Assembly (NCBI RefSeq): GCF_963921235.1
Contig: NC_086097.1
Coordinates: 123,134,001 to 123,198,000 of the forward strand
Reading direction: 5' to 3'
Length of the DNA: 64,000 nucleotides
From: Mobula hypostoma
Taxonomy: Eukaryota
This document shows positions 51,030 through 62,811 of the stretch, piece after piece (the first letter of the stretch is position 1; each line of letters opens with the position of its first letter). The notes below the pieces were generated by a model. That model had not been told where the DNA came from, made no database searches, and was given only the letters and a program-made list of their open reading frames with translations. The translations under genes and the position numbers were made by a program.

Positions 51030-54000
51030 CAGCAGTCCCCAACCACCGGGCCACGGACCGGTATCAGGCCGCAAAGCACGTGAGGAAATTATATAATTTG
51101 GCGATATGAGTCAGCTGCATCTTTCCTCATTCCCTGTCACGCCCATTGTTGAACTTGAACGCATGCGAAGTCATTACCCACGCGTCATCCATGTCAGCGC
51201 GGGAAGAAGATCAACTCCTCGAGCTTGCAAGTGACGGCGGGCTAAAAAGTATGTTTGACATAACATCTCTGCCGGCATTCTGGATCAAAGTCAAGGCTGA
51301 ATACCCTGAGATAGCCACGAAAGCACTGAAAACGTTGCTTCCATTTCCAACATATCTCTGCAATGAATGCAACGAAAACTAAATTGCGGAATAGACTGGA
51401 CATAAGGAACCCCCTTCGAGTATCACTGTCTCCCATCACCCCTCATTGGCACTGTCTTGTTACAGGGAAACAAGTCCAGGGCTCCCACTGATTCAGCAAT
51501 ATTGGTGTGTTGCAATGATTTTATATGTTATACAGGGAAAATATGTGCTGTGTGTTTAATATCCAAACGTTACTTAAAATGTTATGATGCTATTAACTTA
51601 TAAATGCTTATATTGTGGCGACCCACTTTCCAGCACACTCGAACCGGCTCGCGAAACAACGCGCGCTGGCAGGGAAGCCGGCCCCGAAAAGGGCGCCAGG
51701 CCATCTTCACCAGCAGGGGGAAAATCCTACGCGTAGAAAGGGTCTGCAAATATGCATTCCCCACAGCAGTCCCACCCGGGGTGGACGGGAACGGGAAGGC
51801 TTTAAAGGAGGCCGCGAAGCTTGACTAAATCTCTTTTATCACAATTCCAACTCACCGACTACGTGTCGTTATTCTAGCGCTGTGTGTAGCACACCGCCAC
51901 AATTGATGACGATATTTGGACCAGAGATGACCGACGCCGTAACTGTTCATGCAGTTTCGTTAAAACTGCCAAGCTTCTGGACGCTGCGACCTCACCTATG
52001 GTTCGAACAAGCAGAAGCCCAATTCCACATTCGGCAGATAACTTCGGATTCCACTCGTTACTACTACGCGGTGAGCTCCCTCAACCAGGAGACAGCTGCA
52101 CATGTTGAGGAGTTTATACAGTTGCCCCCGGAGGACGGCAAATACACAGCATCCAAAGCCCTGCTCATAAGGACTTTTGGACTCTCACAGCGTGAGCGAG
52201 CTGCCCGCTTACTGCACCCGGATGGTTTGGGAGTCAGGCCGCTGTCGGCATTAATGAACGAAATGCTGGCCCTGGCTGAAGGACACAAACCCTGCCTCAT
52301 GTTTGAGCAGGCATTCCCAGAGCAACTGCCTGAGGACATATGCCTGCTGCTGTCCAACGCAGATTTCAGCGACCCCCGGGAGGTGGTGGCCCGGGCAGAT
52401 GTGCTGTGGAATGCCAAGAAGGAGAGAGGGGTGCCCGTCGCACAGATCACCAAGCCGCGTGCCCAACGGCAGACCAGACCAGGCCTGGCAGCAGAGCCTA
52501 CAAAACCTGGCAACGGGAGTGAGGAGCCCAATGAACAATGGTGCTTCTACCACCAGTGGTGGGGCACAGAGGCCCGCTGCTGTAGACCGCCCTGCAAATT
52601 CCCGGGAAATGCCAGGGCCAGCCGCCGCTGCCAGCCTCCTGTATGCCTGGGACAAGCAGTCGGGATGCCACTTTCTGGTCGACACCAGAGCGGAGATCAG
52701 CGTTTTACCTCCAACGAGTTATGACACCCGCAACAGAGAACCAGGACCCACCCTGAGGGCCGCAAATGGCAGCACAATATGAACCTACGGCACCCGCACG
52801 GTGCGGCTACAGTTCTGCTCCAGCCGGTTCACGTGGGACTTCACACTGGCCGCCGTGGCCCAACCACTCCTAGGGGTGGATTTTCTGCGAGCCCACAGCC
52901 TGCCGGTCGACCTGCAAGGGAAGCACCAAGACTTTTCAAACGTTCTCCCTGGGTGAAGCCAAGTTGACAGCCCCACACCTGGACTCCATCATGCTGTCCG
53001 ACGACGAATTCACCCGGGTCCTGGTGGATTTCCCATCAGTTCTGACACCGCAGTTCACGGCAGCCATGCCCAGACACGGAGTACAGCACCAAATCCCAAC
53101 CTAGGGACCACGCTTCCACGCCCATGCTCGAAGGCTTCCCCCGGACAAGCTCCGACTGGCAAAGGAGAAGTTCAAGAAGATGGAGAAAGTGCGGATCATA
53201 CGACGGTCCGACAGCCCATGGGCCTCCCCCCTGCACAATGTGCCCAAGGCAACAAGGGGGGCTGGAGACCATGCGGCGACTACCGCAGGCTGAACGAGGC
53301 TACAATGCCAGACCGCTACCCTGTGTTGCACATTCAAGACTTTGCAGCAAACCTACACGGCGCAAGGATCTTTTCCAAGGTAGACCTTGTCCGGGGATAC
53401 CATTAAATCCTGGTACATCCGGACAACATCCCCAAAACAGCACTCATCACCCCGTTCGGCCTTTTCGAATTCCTCCGAATGCCATTCGGCCTAAAGATGC
53501 CACACAGACATTCCAGCGGCTAATGGACGCGGTGGGACGCGACCTGGACTTTGCATTCATCTATTTGGACGACATCCTCATAGCCCGCAGTAGTCGTCAG
53601 GAGCATCTGTCCCACCTCCGTCAACTCTACGCCTGACTGAGTGAATTCGGCCTTACAATCAACCCGGCCAAATGCCAGTTCGGACTCGACACCATCGACT
53701 TCCTGGGCCACAGGATTATTAAAGACGGGGCAACCCCTCTGCCCACCAAGGTAGACGCGGTCCGCCACTTCCCCCGACCCAACACAACCAAAGGCTTGCA
53801 GGAATTCGTGGGTATGGTGAACTTCTACCAGTGTTTCCTCCCCTCAGCAGCCCAATTGTTCATCCTGATGTTGGGTAAGGGCAAGGATATTACCTGGGAT
53901 GAAGAGGCCGTAGCCACTTTCATTAAAACCAAAGAAGCCTTGGCAAACGCCGCGATGCTCATGCACCCCAGAACGGACGTTCCTACTGCCCTCACGGTGG

Positions 54001-56799
54001 ACACATCCAACACAGCAGTCGGAGGAGTGCTGGAACAACTCATCGAGGGTCGCTGGCAACCCCCGGCGTTCTTCAACAAACACCTACAACCACCCAAACT
54101 CAAATACAGTGCTTTCGACCGGGAGCTATTGGCACTATACCCGGCCATCCAGCACTTCAGATACTTCTTAGAAGGTAGGGCCTTCACCGCGTTCACGGAC
54201 CACAAACCGCTTACCTTTGCGTTCACTAAGGTGTCCGACCCCTGGTCGTCCCGCCAGCAGCGACATCTGTCCTACATCTCCGAGTACACAACGGACATCC
54301 GGCATGTCTCCGGAAAGGACAACGTCGTGGCGGACGCACTATCCAGACCTACCATACAGGCCCTGTCCCAGGGGGTGGACTATGGTGGAGGTACAGCAGG
54401 CTGACAATGAGATCACTAGTTACAGGACTGCGGTCTCCGGTTTGCAGCTCCAAGACCTCCCCGTAGGCCCAGGTGAGAGGACCCTACTGTGTGACGTAGT
54501 TACCGGCCAACCCCGCCCCGTTGTCCCAGCCGCCAGGCACCGGCGGGTTTTCGAATCCATTCATAACTTAGCGCACCCCTCCATCAGGACAACCGTCCGG
54601 CTGGTCGCCAACAGGTTCGTGTGGCATGGGCTGCGCAAACAGGTCAGTGAATGGGCCAAAACGTGCATGCAGTGCCAAACGGCCAAGGTGCAGCGGCACA
54701 CCAAGGCTCCACCGCAGCAGTTCGAACCCACCCTCCGGAGGTTCGATCACATTCATGTGGATATCGTGGGGCCCCTGCCAGTGTCACGAGGAGCGCAGTA
54801 CCTCCTAACTATGATAGACCAGTTCACCAGATGGCCAGAGGCAGTCCCGCTCACCGATAACCACCTCCGAATCCTGCGCCCGAGCACTGATCGCAACCTG
54901 GGTAGCACGCTTCGGGGTACCGGCCCACATTACCTCCGACAGGGGCGCCCAGTTCACCTACAGCCTGTGGTCGGCTATGGCCAACCTTTTAGGATCGCAG
55001 CTACACCACACAACTGCCTACCACCCACAGCTGAAGGGACTAGTGGAGCGTTTCCACTGTCACCTGAAGTCCGCTCTCATGGCCCGCCTGGAGGGGCCTA
55101 ACTGGGTGGACGAACTTCCCTGGGTCCTGCTCAGAATCCGCACGGAGCCCAAGGAGGATCTGCACACCTCATCGGCCGAGTTGGTGTAAGGCACAGCCCT
55201 GGTAGTCCCAGGAGAGTTCATACCAGCCCTAAGGGGGCAAGAGGAAGAACCTGCAGCAGTCCTGGACAGACTACATGAGAGGCTCGGTAACCTGGCCCCC
55301 ATACCCACTTCACAGCACGGACAGAGCCCGACTTGTGTACCCAAAGACCTGCAGATCTGTTAGTTTCTTTTTGTACGACGGGGCGGACACCGGGCACGGC
55401 TACAGCGGCCCTACGAGGGGCCGTTTAAGGTGATCAGGAACAACGGGTCCATGTTCGTGCTGGACATTGGGGGGAGAGAGGAGGTTTTCACGGTGGGCCG
55501 ACTCAAACTGGCCCATGTGGAGTTGGCGCAGCCGGTCCCAGCTCAGGCACCGCGGCGCAGGGGCAGACCTCTGAAACAGAGGCCGATCCAGACTGTGAAC
55601 ATTGGGGGATGTATCGCCGGTTCTGGGGGGGTGGGGGGGGGTTATGTGGCGACCCACTTTCCAGCACACTCGAACCGGCTCACGAAACAGCGCACGCCAG
55701 CAGAGAGGCCGGCCCCAAAAGGGGCACCTTGCCATCTTCAGCAGGGGGAAAATCCCGCATGCGGAAAGGGTTTGCGAATATGCATTCCCCACAGCAGTCC
55801 CGCCCGGAGTGGGTGGGAACGGGAAGGTTTTAAAGGAGGCCGCGAAGTTTGAATAAACCTTTTTCACAACTACAACTCACCGACCACGTGTCTTTATTCT
55901 AGCGCTGTGCGTAGCACACCGTCACAATATAACCATATAACCATATAACAATTACAGCACGGAAACAGGCCATCTCGGCCCTTCTAGTCCGTGCCGAACG
56001 CTACTCTCACCTAGACCCACCGACCTGCACTCAGCCCATAACTCTCCATTCCTTTCCTATCCATATACCTATCCAATTTTTCTTTAAATGATAATATCGA
56101 ACCTGTCTCTACCACTTCTACTGGAAGTTTGTTCAACACTTACTTCAAGCTCCCCTGTCCTCCCCTGATAATTGACGTATCACTATATTCATGCAAGGAA
56201 AATATGCGCTGTGTGTTTAATATTAATTCATTAGATAAACCCTTTTAGATAGATAGATATACTTCATTAATCTCGAGGGAAATTTGGTTCATTACAGCCG
56301 CACCAACCAAGAATAGAGCGTAAATATAGCAATACAAAAACCACCAACAATCAAACAACAAAATGCAAACTATGCCAGATGGAAATAAGTCCAGGACCAG
56401 TCTATTGGCTCAGGGTGTCTGACCCTCCACGGGAGGAGCTGCACGTTCGATGGCCACAGGCAGGAACGACCTCCCGTGCCGCCAAGTGTTGTATCACGGT
56501 GGAATGTGGAATTTTAGAAACGAAATTGAGTGTATTAGCCACTTATCACCTATATTCCAGTCGTGATTAACAGCCCCTCCCGAACAGAATCACCAAAAAC
56601 GATTTGTAGACAAAAAATCGGCACATACACGCATGTGCACACAAGTGCCCGCGCAAGGCTTTGTGGTCATGGTAGTCTTTCTCAGGGTAACCACAACGTA
56701 TTTGACTGCTACTCTTGTCCGTTGGCAACCCTATCCACCCCCCCTCCCCCCGGGGTCGGCCGGTCCGGTCTGCGGTACAAAAAAGGTTGGGGACCCCTG
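51030..56799 (+). mobile_element. hAT (Charlie/Buster-type) non-autonomous element hosting the Gypsy
   Basis: TIRs cagcagtccccaacc / ggttggggacccctg; 8-bp TSD atgtaca(c/g). Dimerisation-domain remnant DQLLELASDGGLKSMF…FWIKVKAEYPEIATKALKTLLPFPTYLC. Confidence 0.88.
51614..55926 (+). mobile_element. Full-length decayed Gypsy LTR retrotransposon (CsRN1-type)
   Basis: LTRs 51614-51901 and 55645-55926 (TG…CA), 4-bp TSD ATAT, PPT about 55625-55641. Gag SLKLPSFW…CFYHQWWGTEARCCRPPC; protease [28 protein letters not shown]; RNase H YSAFDRELLA, TDHKPL; integrase HNLAH…CMQCQ, IHVDIVGP. Stops and frameshifts present. Confidence 0.95.
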
Positions 56800-57520
56800 A
56801 TGTACAGTACAGTGTTTATTCTGTGAGCCTTATGCAAGCAAGGAATTTCATTGCACCATGGTCAATCTGACAATAAATTAACTTGAATCGGGAAAAGTGC
56901 TGGAGACCTACACGACACAAACTGGTGTCGTAACGGGAGAGAATACAACCCATTGGAAAGTATTTATATTCCTAAAAGGGAAGGTTCAGTGGTACAGCCC
57001 TGGTTGAAAAGGAGTGATGCTGCCCTCACTAGGACCAGCAACAGGAGGTACTGTAGACCCCCTATCATATTTTTAAAGGTATTAGAATACATGAGGAAAG
57101 GTCTCTGTAGTTGGGTGCACAAATTCGACAAGAGGCGGAAGGCCCCATGTGACCCCTTAGGAAATGCTCAAAGCCATGGTCCCAAAGGAGCAGGTAGATG
57201 AGGTTTACACTCCCACACTCTGTGCCATGTGCAGGGAGCAGTGCCAGGACAGGAGAGGCAAGGAGCCCATTAGGGAAGAAGGGTAATGCTCCAAACCTTC
57301 CCCCAATAAAGGCTCCTTCTGTCCCCTGCAGGGTTCCCCGCATTCTACTCCAGGTTCTCTGTATCCCTTACTGCTGGCTCTGCAAACTGCACTTCAGCAG
57401 CGACAGGGTGGCAATGGGTGGCGCTTTCTCACCCTGCTTCCTACAGTGGGGCTTGAACCTTCCCTACAATAAGGAGTGAATGGCTTCAGTATGAGAAATA
57501 TTGCATGAGGTGTGGCCACT

Positions 57521-57522
<2 letters not shown>

Positions 57523-57566
<44 letters not shown>
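57523..57566. repeat. Compound microsatellite (TG)n(AG)n
   Basis: Directly visible. Confidence 0.95.
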
Positions 57567-59566
57567 TGCAAAGTCTGTTGTGTTTGTTTATATTGGAAGA
57601 GTGTTTGAATTGATCCTATGATTCAGCAAAGAAGGTAACCAATTGAAATACTTTGCTACTTGATGAAGTGAACTTGCAGGAGCTCTTATCATTTTAGAGA
57701 GCTGTGCCTTTCAGTGGTTGTGTGAATGTGTTAATGCATTGGAGGCCTATCTTTTCTTTCCCTTTGTTCTTTGGAAAATGTGTTATAATTCTCCACTGTG
57801 GAAATTAACTGTTTGTTCTAAATTGTGTAGTTACTTGGAAAGCTCTGAAGGAAGTAAAGTGCAAGCATGGATTCAATGTGTTTCTGAGACTGGAACACTT
57901 GGGGAATGAGCTGAAATAATGCTTTTCCTAACAAGAATATTCCATCAGGTTCTGTCAATGCATTGACTGAGTTTCAGTTCTTTTGGACAGAACTTTGCAA
58001 AGTTCAGCATGCAGGGTAAAATGCAAATTGCTTCTTCCCCAGAGGGAGAAGGCCAAATCAAATGTGTCAGCCCACTGACAATCTCATTACAGGAAACTTA
58101 AATAAAACCATCAACCTCCTGATTGAAGAAGACCCGTGAATGAAGAGGAACAGGAATGTGAATGCAGAAGACAGAGTATGACCATAATAATAAGTTACCA
58201 TAATAAATGCTCAGCACAGAATATATGGCTGCTCCAGCAGGTTAAGTATAATGGTAATGGTACTCTATAACGAAGGTAGACGAGCAGTTATATAGATTAG
58301 ATTAGAAAGATATTGGAAAAATAAATGGGAGGGATTTGATTTATGGCAGAGATATCAGGTTCCGTCCCTCATTTGTTGCCCAACCTCGATGACAAGGCAC
58401 GCTGAGAAAGACAAGAAATTGAGCGTAGTGTCTGAAGGCAGCCAGCTCAGCCTGAATGGGGAGTGAACACAAATGAGCTGGGCCTTTTCAGTGGTTGGGG
58501 CAGTGATCGAAGGGACAGTCCAGGAGGGGACACCACTGGGGCGAGGTCCTTGCAACCATTCGAATAGTGACCACCTCAACCCCCCCTCTAGATTGATCAA
58601 AGAGACCGAGAGACTGGTCGTCAGATCATTCTGTTAATCTGTCATGAACACGAGAAAATCTGCAGATGCTGGAAATCCAAGTAACTCGCACACAAAGTTC
58701 AGGCAGAACTCAGCTGGTCAGGCAGCATCTGGGAGAGTAGCATCTGCAAAGATTTTTTCTGCCTGCTTCTTGGTCTTGTCCTTCACAGTTGCTCACAAGT
58801 CCGGCGCCTCCTCCACTAGAGCTTGCTTTGGTATTTGGAGCCTACAACGGTCGAGGGTACTGCACAACTAACAAGTGCACACCCACATTATTGGTGCATG
58901 GATATGCGATCTATAGTCGTAACAGGCATTTGGTCTTCACTCGAGCTCCACCTACTCTCACCTCAATCCAATTGAAAACACATTAAAATTTGCTTCAAGG
59001 CTCAGTCCCTTAGCAATCACTAATGCACTTTGCACAACATTCACATATTTTTATATATATCAAAGAGGTATTTAATTTATTTTTTATTTAGGATACAGTA
59101 TGGTTAGAGGCCCCTCTGGCCCAACGAGCCCATGCTGCCCACTTACACTCATGTGATCAATTAACTGACTCACCCCTACGCCTTTGGAATGTGGGAGGAA
59201 ACCGGAGCACCCGGAAAAATATCCACGCGGCCGTGGGGAGAAACTCCTTACAAGCAGCTGCAGGAAATGAACCTGGGCCACTGGCACCGCAACAGCGTTA
59301 GGCTAACCGCAACACCACAGTGCCACTCTCTGAGTGTGATCCAGAAAATAAAGTCAAGCGGGCAGCTGTGATCAGTAAACTGCTACCTGCTGAGATTTTT
59401 CGGGGTTCTTCAGGAATGTTTCTGGCAATTACCTTCACAAGGAACACAAACTGGGTTGAGCACATCAACCATATGTGAGTGCAGTCACCCAGAATGAGAT
59501 ATGGCTGCGTATGGGCATGATAATCTTCCAACGTGCCATACAGGTCGAGGCTCTTCTCCAAGGACC

Positions 59567-59939
59567 GTCACCTTGTCGTGGTGTAGAGCCTTGTGAGTTC
59601 CTGAGACCCTGAAAGTGTTGCCGATTGAAGCCTAGCTCCTGGTATGGTCACCGTGGTCATCCATCATCATGGTAGGCTCAAGGGTGAGGTTCCAGACAAA
59701 GAGCGAGCCAACCAAGACCTCGGCGATGGAGCTAGCAGAAGGTGATGACACATCACAATGGTAGTGAAGGGTCCCCAGTCATCTTGCATTCCATATCACT
59801 GGACCCTGATCCCAATCCGTCAGTCGGGGGTGGCTTATCGATTAGCCTCCGCATGTTAAACACGTCACACACAGGCATTCTCCATTGTGGAAATAACCCA
59901 TTGATTATTCAGTCTCGACTGGAGTGATTGCACTACTAC
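59567..59939 (+). mobile_element. Short non-autonomous element with RTE-like 5' end
   Basis: gtcaccttgtcgtgg…gctcctggta…ggttccagacaaagagcga, ending gtgattgcactact; second copy at 62428-62811. Confidence 0.6.
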
Positions 59940-61439
59940 AGGCCGCGAGGGCTGCCAAAGAGCAGCACACCGATAAAAACTTTAACCCGTGCATTTATTC
60001 TTTAGTTATTTATCCACAGATATTTTCACAGAGAATCCCAGTGATAGCTTCAGAATTAGTGTCACCAAGATTTCCACGTTTCCAAATGTTTGAAAAAGAA
60101 GTTTAATGATCGGAAGTGTACTTCAAAACAACAGCTCCCATTGGTCAAAATTGTTGAGCATCATTCCTAATACTTTTTGACCTTTCATCTGAAAATACAC
60201 ATAGGTTAAGGAGGGAGGGAGGAAAGGGGCTTGTTTTGCTGTTTTATTCTGTTGCTTGTTGTGTTCTGTCAAGCACCGTTAGCCTTCTATGTGGGCGCCA
60301 GAATGTGTGGTGACACTTGCGGGCTAATCCTTGGGTGAGTTATTTGTGAATGAAGACATATTTCACCATATGTTTCAATATACAGTACATGTGATAAATA
60401 AATCTGAAATTTGAATCTTGATACCACCTTTTACTTTCCAGCTGACTTTAAAGCTTTCCTCAAACTGCAAATGGTAGAGTAGCAATTGCCATAACACTAT
60501 TGCAGTGCCAGAAACCCAGCTTCAGTTCTCGCTACTACCTAGAAGCAATTAGTATGTTTTTCCCGTGGCCAAGTCAGTTCCCTCCGGGTGCTCTGGTTTC
60601 CTCCCACATTCCAAAGACGTATGGGTTAGTAGGTTACTTGGTCACATGGGCGTAACTGTGCGGTGTGGGCTCATGGGGCTGGAAGGGCCCATAACTGTGC
60701 CGCATCTCTGAAGAGAATAACCTGCCATCTTTCCATCTTCCACTTTTCACCTTTATTCCTTCCTTCCCTCCCCATTTCTGCACCACGAAACCTGTGCACC
60801 TCCATCTTTTCTGAGAAAAGGTCAACAAGGAAGATTAATCCCATTCCCCTCTCCATGGATACTGCCGCACCTGCCCAGCGTTTTCCAGCGTTTTCTGTTT
60901 TTATTTCTGCACCTAGCCATTAAATCCTGCAGGGTAGAATTGTTCAATAAATGGAAATTAGACTCAAGAACACCAGAATGTGCAAACAAGCCAGCCATTG
61001 TCAAAGCAATCCTTCAAAACACAGGATGGCCGACTGCGAGCTAAGGTTGAGCTCTGCAGGGAGCTGCCACAGTGTTGAGAAAGAGCAGGAGATGAGATGC
61101 TCAAATATCCTAATATGGCTGAGCTGGTGATCATTAATTCTCAGAGTATTTGGAACACTGCTGACCTGATGAATACAATGGATATGCACCCCCACCTCGC
61201 CAAAACCTAATCCCCAATCCACAACTGCCACTCCATGCCCTCATTCTTGCCACCTCCACTTCCTACTCAGTCCATAAACAGCAAGGGAAGTCCTAAATCC
61301 ATGAGATAGTAAAGTGCAAACAGCTTTCATTCAGTAACACTGAATTCAACTTATGACAGAATCAATATCCTGGATGTTAGGTCTTGAAATACACAAAACA
61401 TCAATGGAGATGCTCGGAAACCGAATATGTTGGAAACAT

Positions 61440-61678
61440 AAACACGGGAGATTCCACAGATGCTGGAAATCCAAAGCAACACACACCAACTATTGGACGA
61501 ACTCAGCTAGACAGGCAACATCTGTTTCAGGTCGAGACCCTTCTTCAGGTGGACGTTGAAAAGGTGCTCGACGAAGTGGTCCCCCAATTGTTGGAAACAC
61601 CCAGCAGGACAAACAGCACGTGAGGAAAGAGAAATAATTAACATTTCAGGTAAAAACCCCTTCATCAGAACTGGGAAA
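61440..61678 (-). mobile_element. Penelope pLTR fragments with hammerhead-like cores
   Basis: Minus strand cagtt-CTGATGA-aggggtttttacct-GAAA-TGTT-aatt (61636-61672), plus a second truncated core near 61525-61550. Confidence 0.6.
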
Positions 61679-61702
61679 GAGAACTAATCTTGATAAGGTG
61701 TA

Positions 61703-62240
61703 TACATTCAGTGGCCACTTTATTAGGCACACCTGCTCGTTAATACACATATCTAATCAGCCAATCATGTGGCAGCAACTCAATGCATTAAAATATGCAA
61801 GCACTATCAGGAGGTTCAGATATTTTTCAGTCCAAACATCAAACTGGGGAAGAAATACAGTCTAAATATCTTTAACCGTAGAATGATTGTTGGTGCCAGA
61901 CTGGCTGGCTCGAGTATCTCAGAAACTGCAGATCTCCTGGGATTTTCCTGCACAAGACTCTCCAGAGTTTACAGGGAATGGTGCCAAAACAAAGAAGAAA
62001 CATCCAGTGAGTGGCAGTCCTGTGGGTTAAAAAACACTTTGTTAATGAGAAAGGTCAGAGGAGAATGGCCAGACTGGTTCAAACTGACCAGAAGGTGAAA
62101 GTAACTCAATTAACTTGTGTTTTAACAGTGGTGTGCAGAAGAGCATCTCTGAATGCACAGCATGTTGAACCTTGAAGTGGATGGGCTACAGCAGCAGAAA
62201 ACCACGAACAGGAGGTACCTAATAAAGATGCTACTGAGGA
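61703..62240 (+). mobile_element. Tc1-derived non-autonomous element, near-complete copy
   Basis: cagtggccactttattagg start; RMIVGARLAGSSISETADLLGFSCTRLSRVYREWC; end gtacctaataaagatgctactgag. Confidence 0.8.
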
Positions 62241-62427
62241 TATAAATAATCCTAATAAAACAACAGCTAGCATTTATATAGCACCCTTTATGTAGAAAAT
62301 CATCTGATAAGGCTTTGGTGCAGCATCATTAATTAATATTTGATACTGAGATGCATGAAGAGATATTGGGCCATGTGGACAAATGCTTGATTAAAGCAAT
62401 TGTTTATAAGAATCTTCTCTGAGGAAT

Positions 62428-62811
62428 GTCACCTTTTCGTAGTGGAGAGGTCTGTGAATTCCTGAGACTCAGACAGTGATTCTATCTGGACCTTAGCTCC
62501 TGGTAGGGTCAGCCATGGCAGTAAAGTCAAAGGGGAGGTTCCAGACAAAGACAGATTCATCCAAGAGCTCAGCGGTGGAGCTGATGGAAGATGGTGACAC
62601 ATTGCAATGGCAGTGAAGGCTGCAGCAGGGAAAGGTCCACAATCGTCTCGCATTTCATGCCATTGGACCCTGATCCCGATCTGTCAAGGAGCTTGTGGTG
62701 GATGCCCATACATCAGCCTCCTCACATTAAGGAAAGTCACAAACTGGTGTTCTCCATTGTGGAATAACGCCTTTGGAGAACATCACAGCCATCTCAAGTG
62801 ATCGCACTACT
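62428..62811 (+). mobile_element. Short non-autonomous element with RTE-like 5' end (second copy)
   Basis: Colinear with 59567-59939 from gtcacctt to gtgatcgcactact. Confidence 0.6.

Noticed and set aside
51146..51382. Domesticated SCAND3/ZBED-like gene fragment
   Set aside because: Lies between hAT TIRs with a TSD and is truncated; it is a MITE remnant, not a host gene.
56890..58640. Possible very old LTR-element internal region (PBS-like tggtgtcg near 56924; pol-tail-like text near 58560)
   Set aside because: No paired LTRs, TSD or recognisable protein domain; too weak to call.
59567..59760. Twister or HDV-like ribozyme at the RTE-like 5' end
   Set aside because: Could not place the conserved twister core or an HDV nested double pseudoknot by eye; kept only as an unspecified structured-leader candidate.
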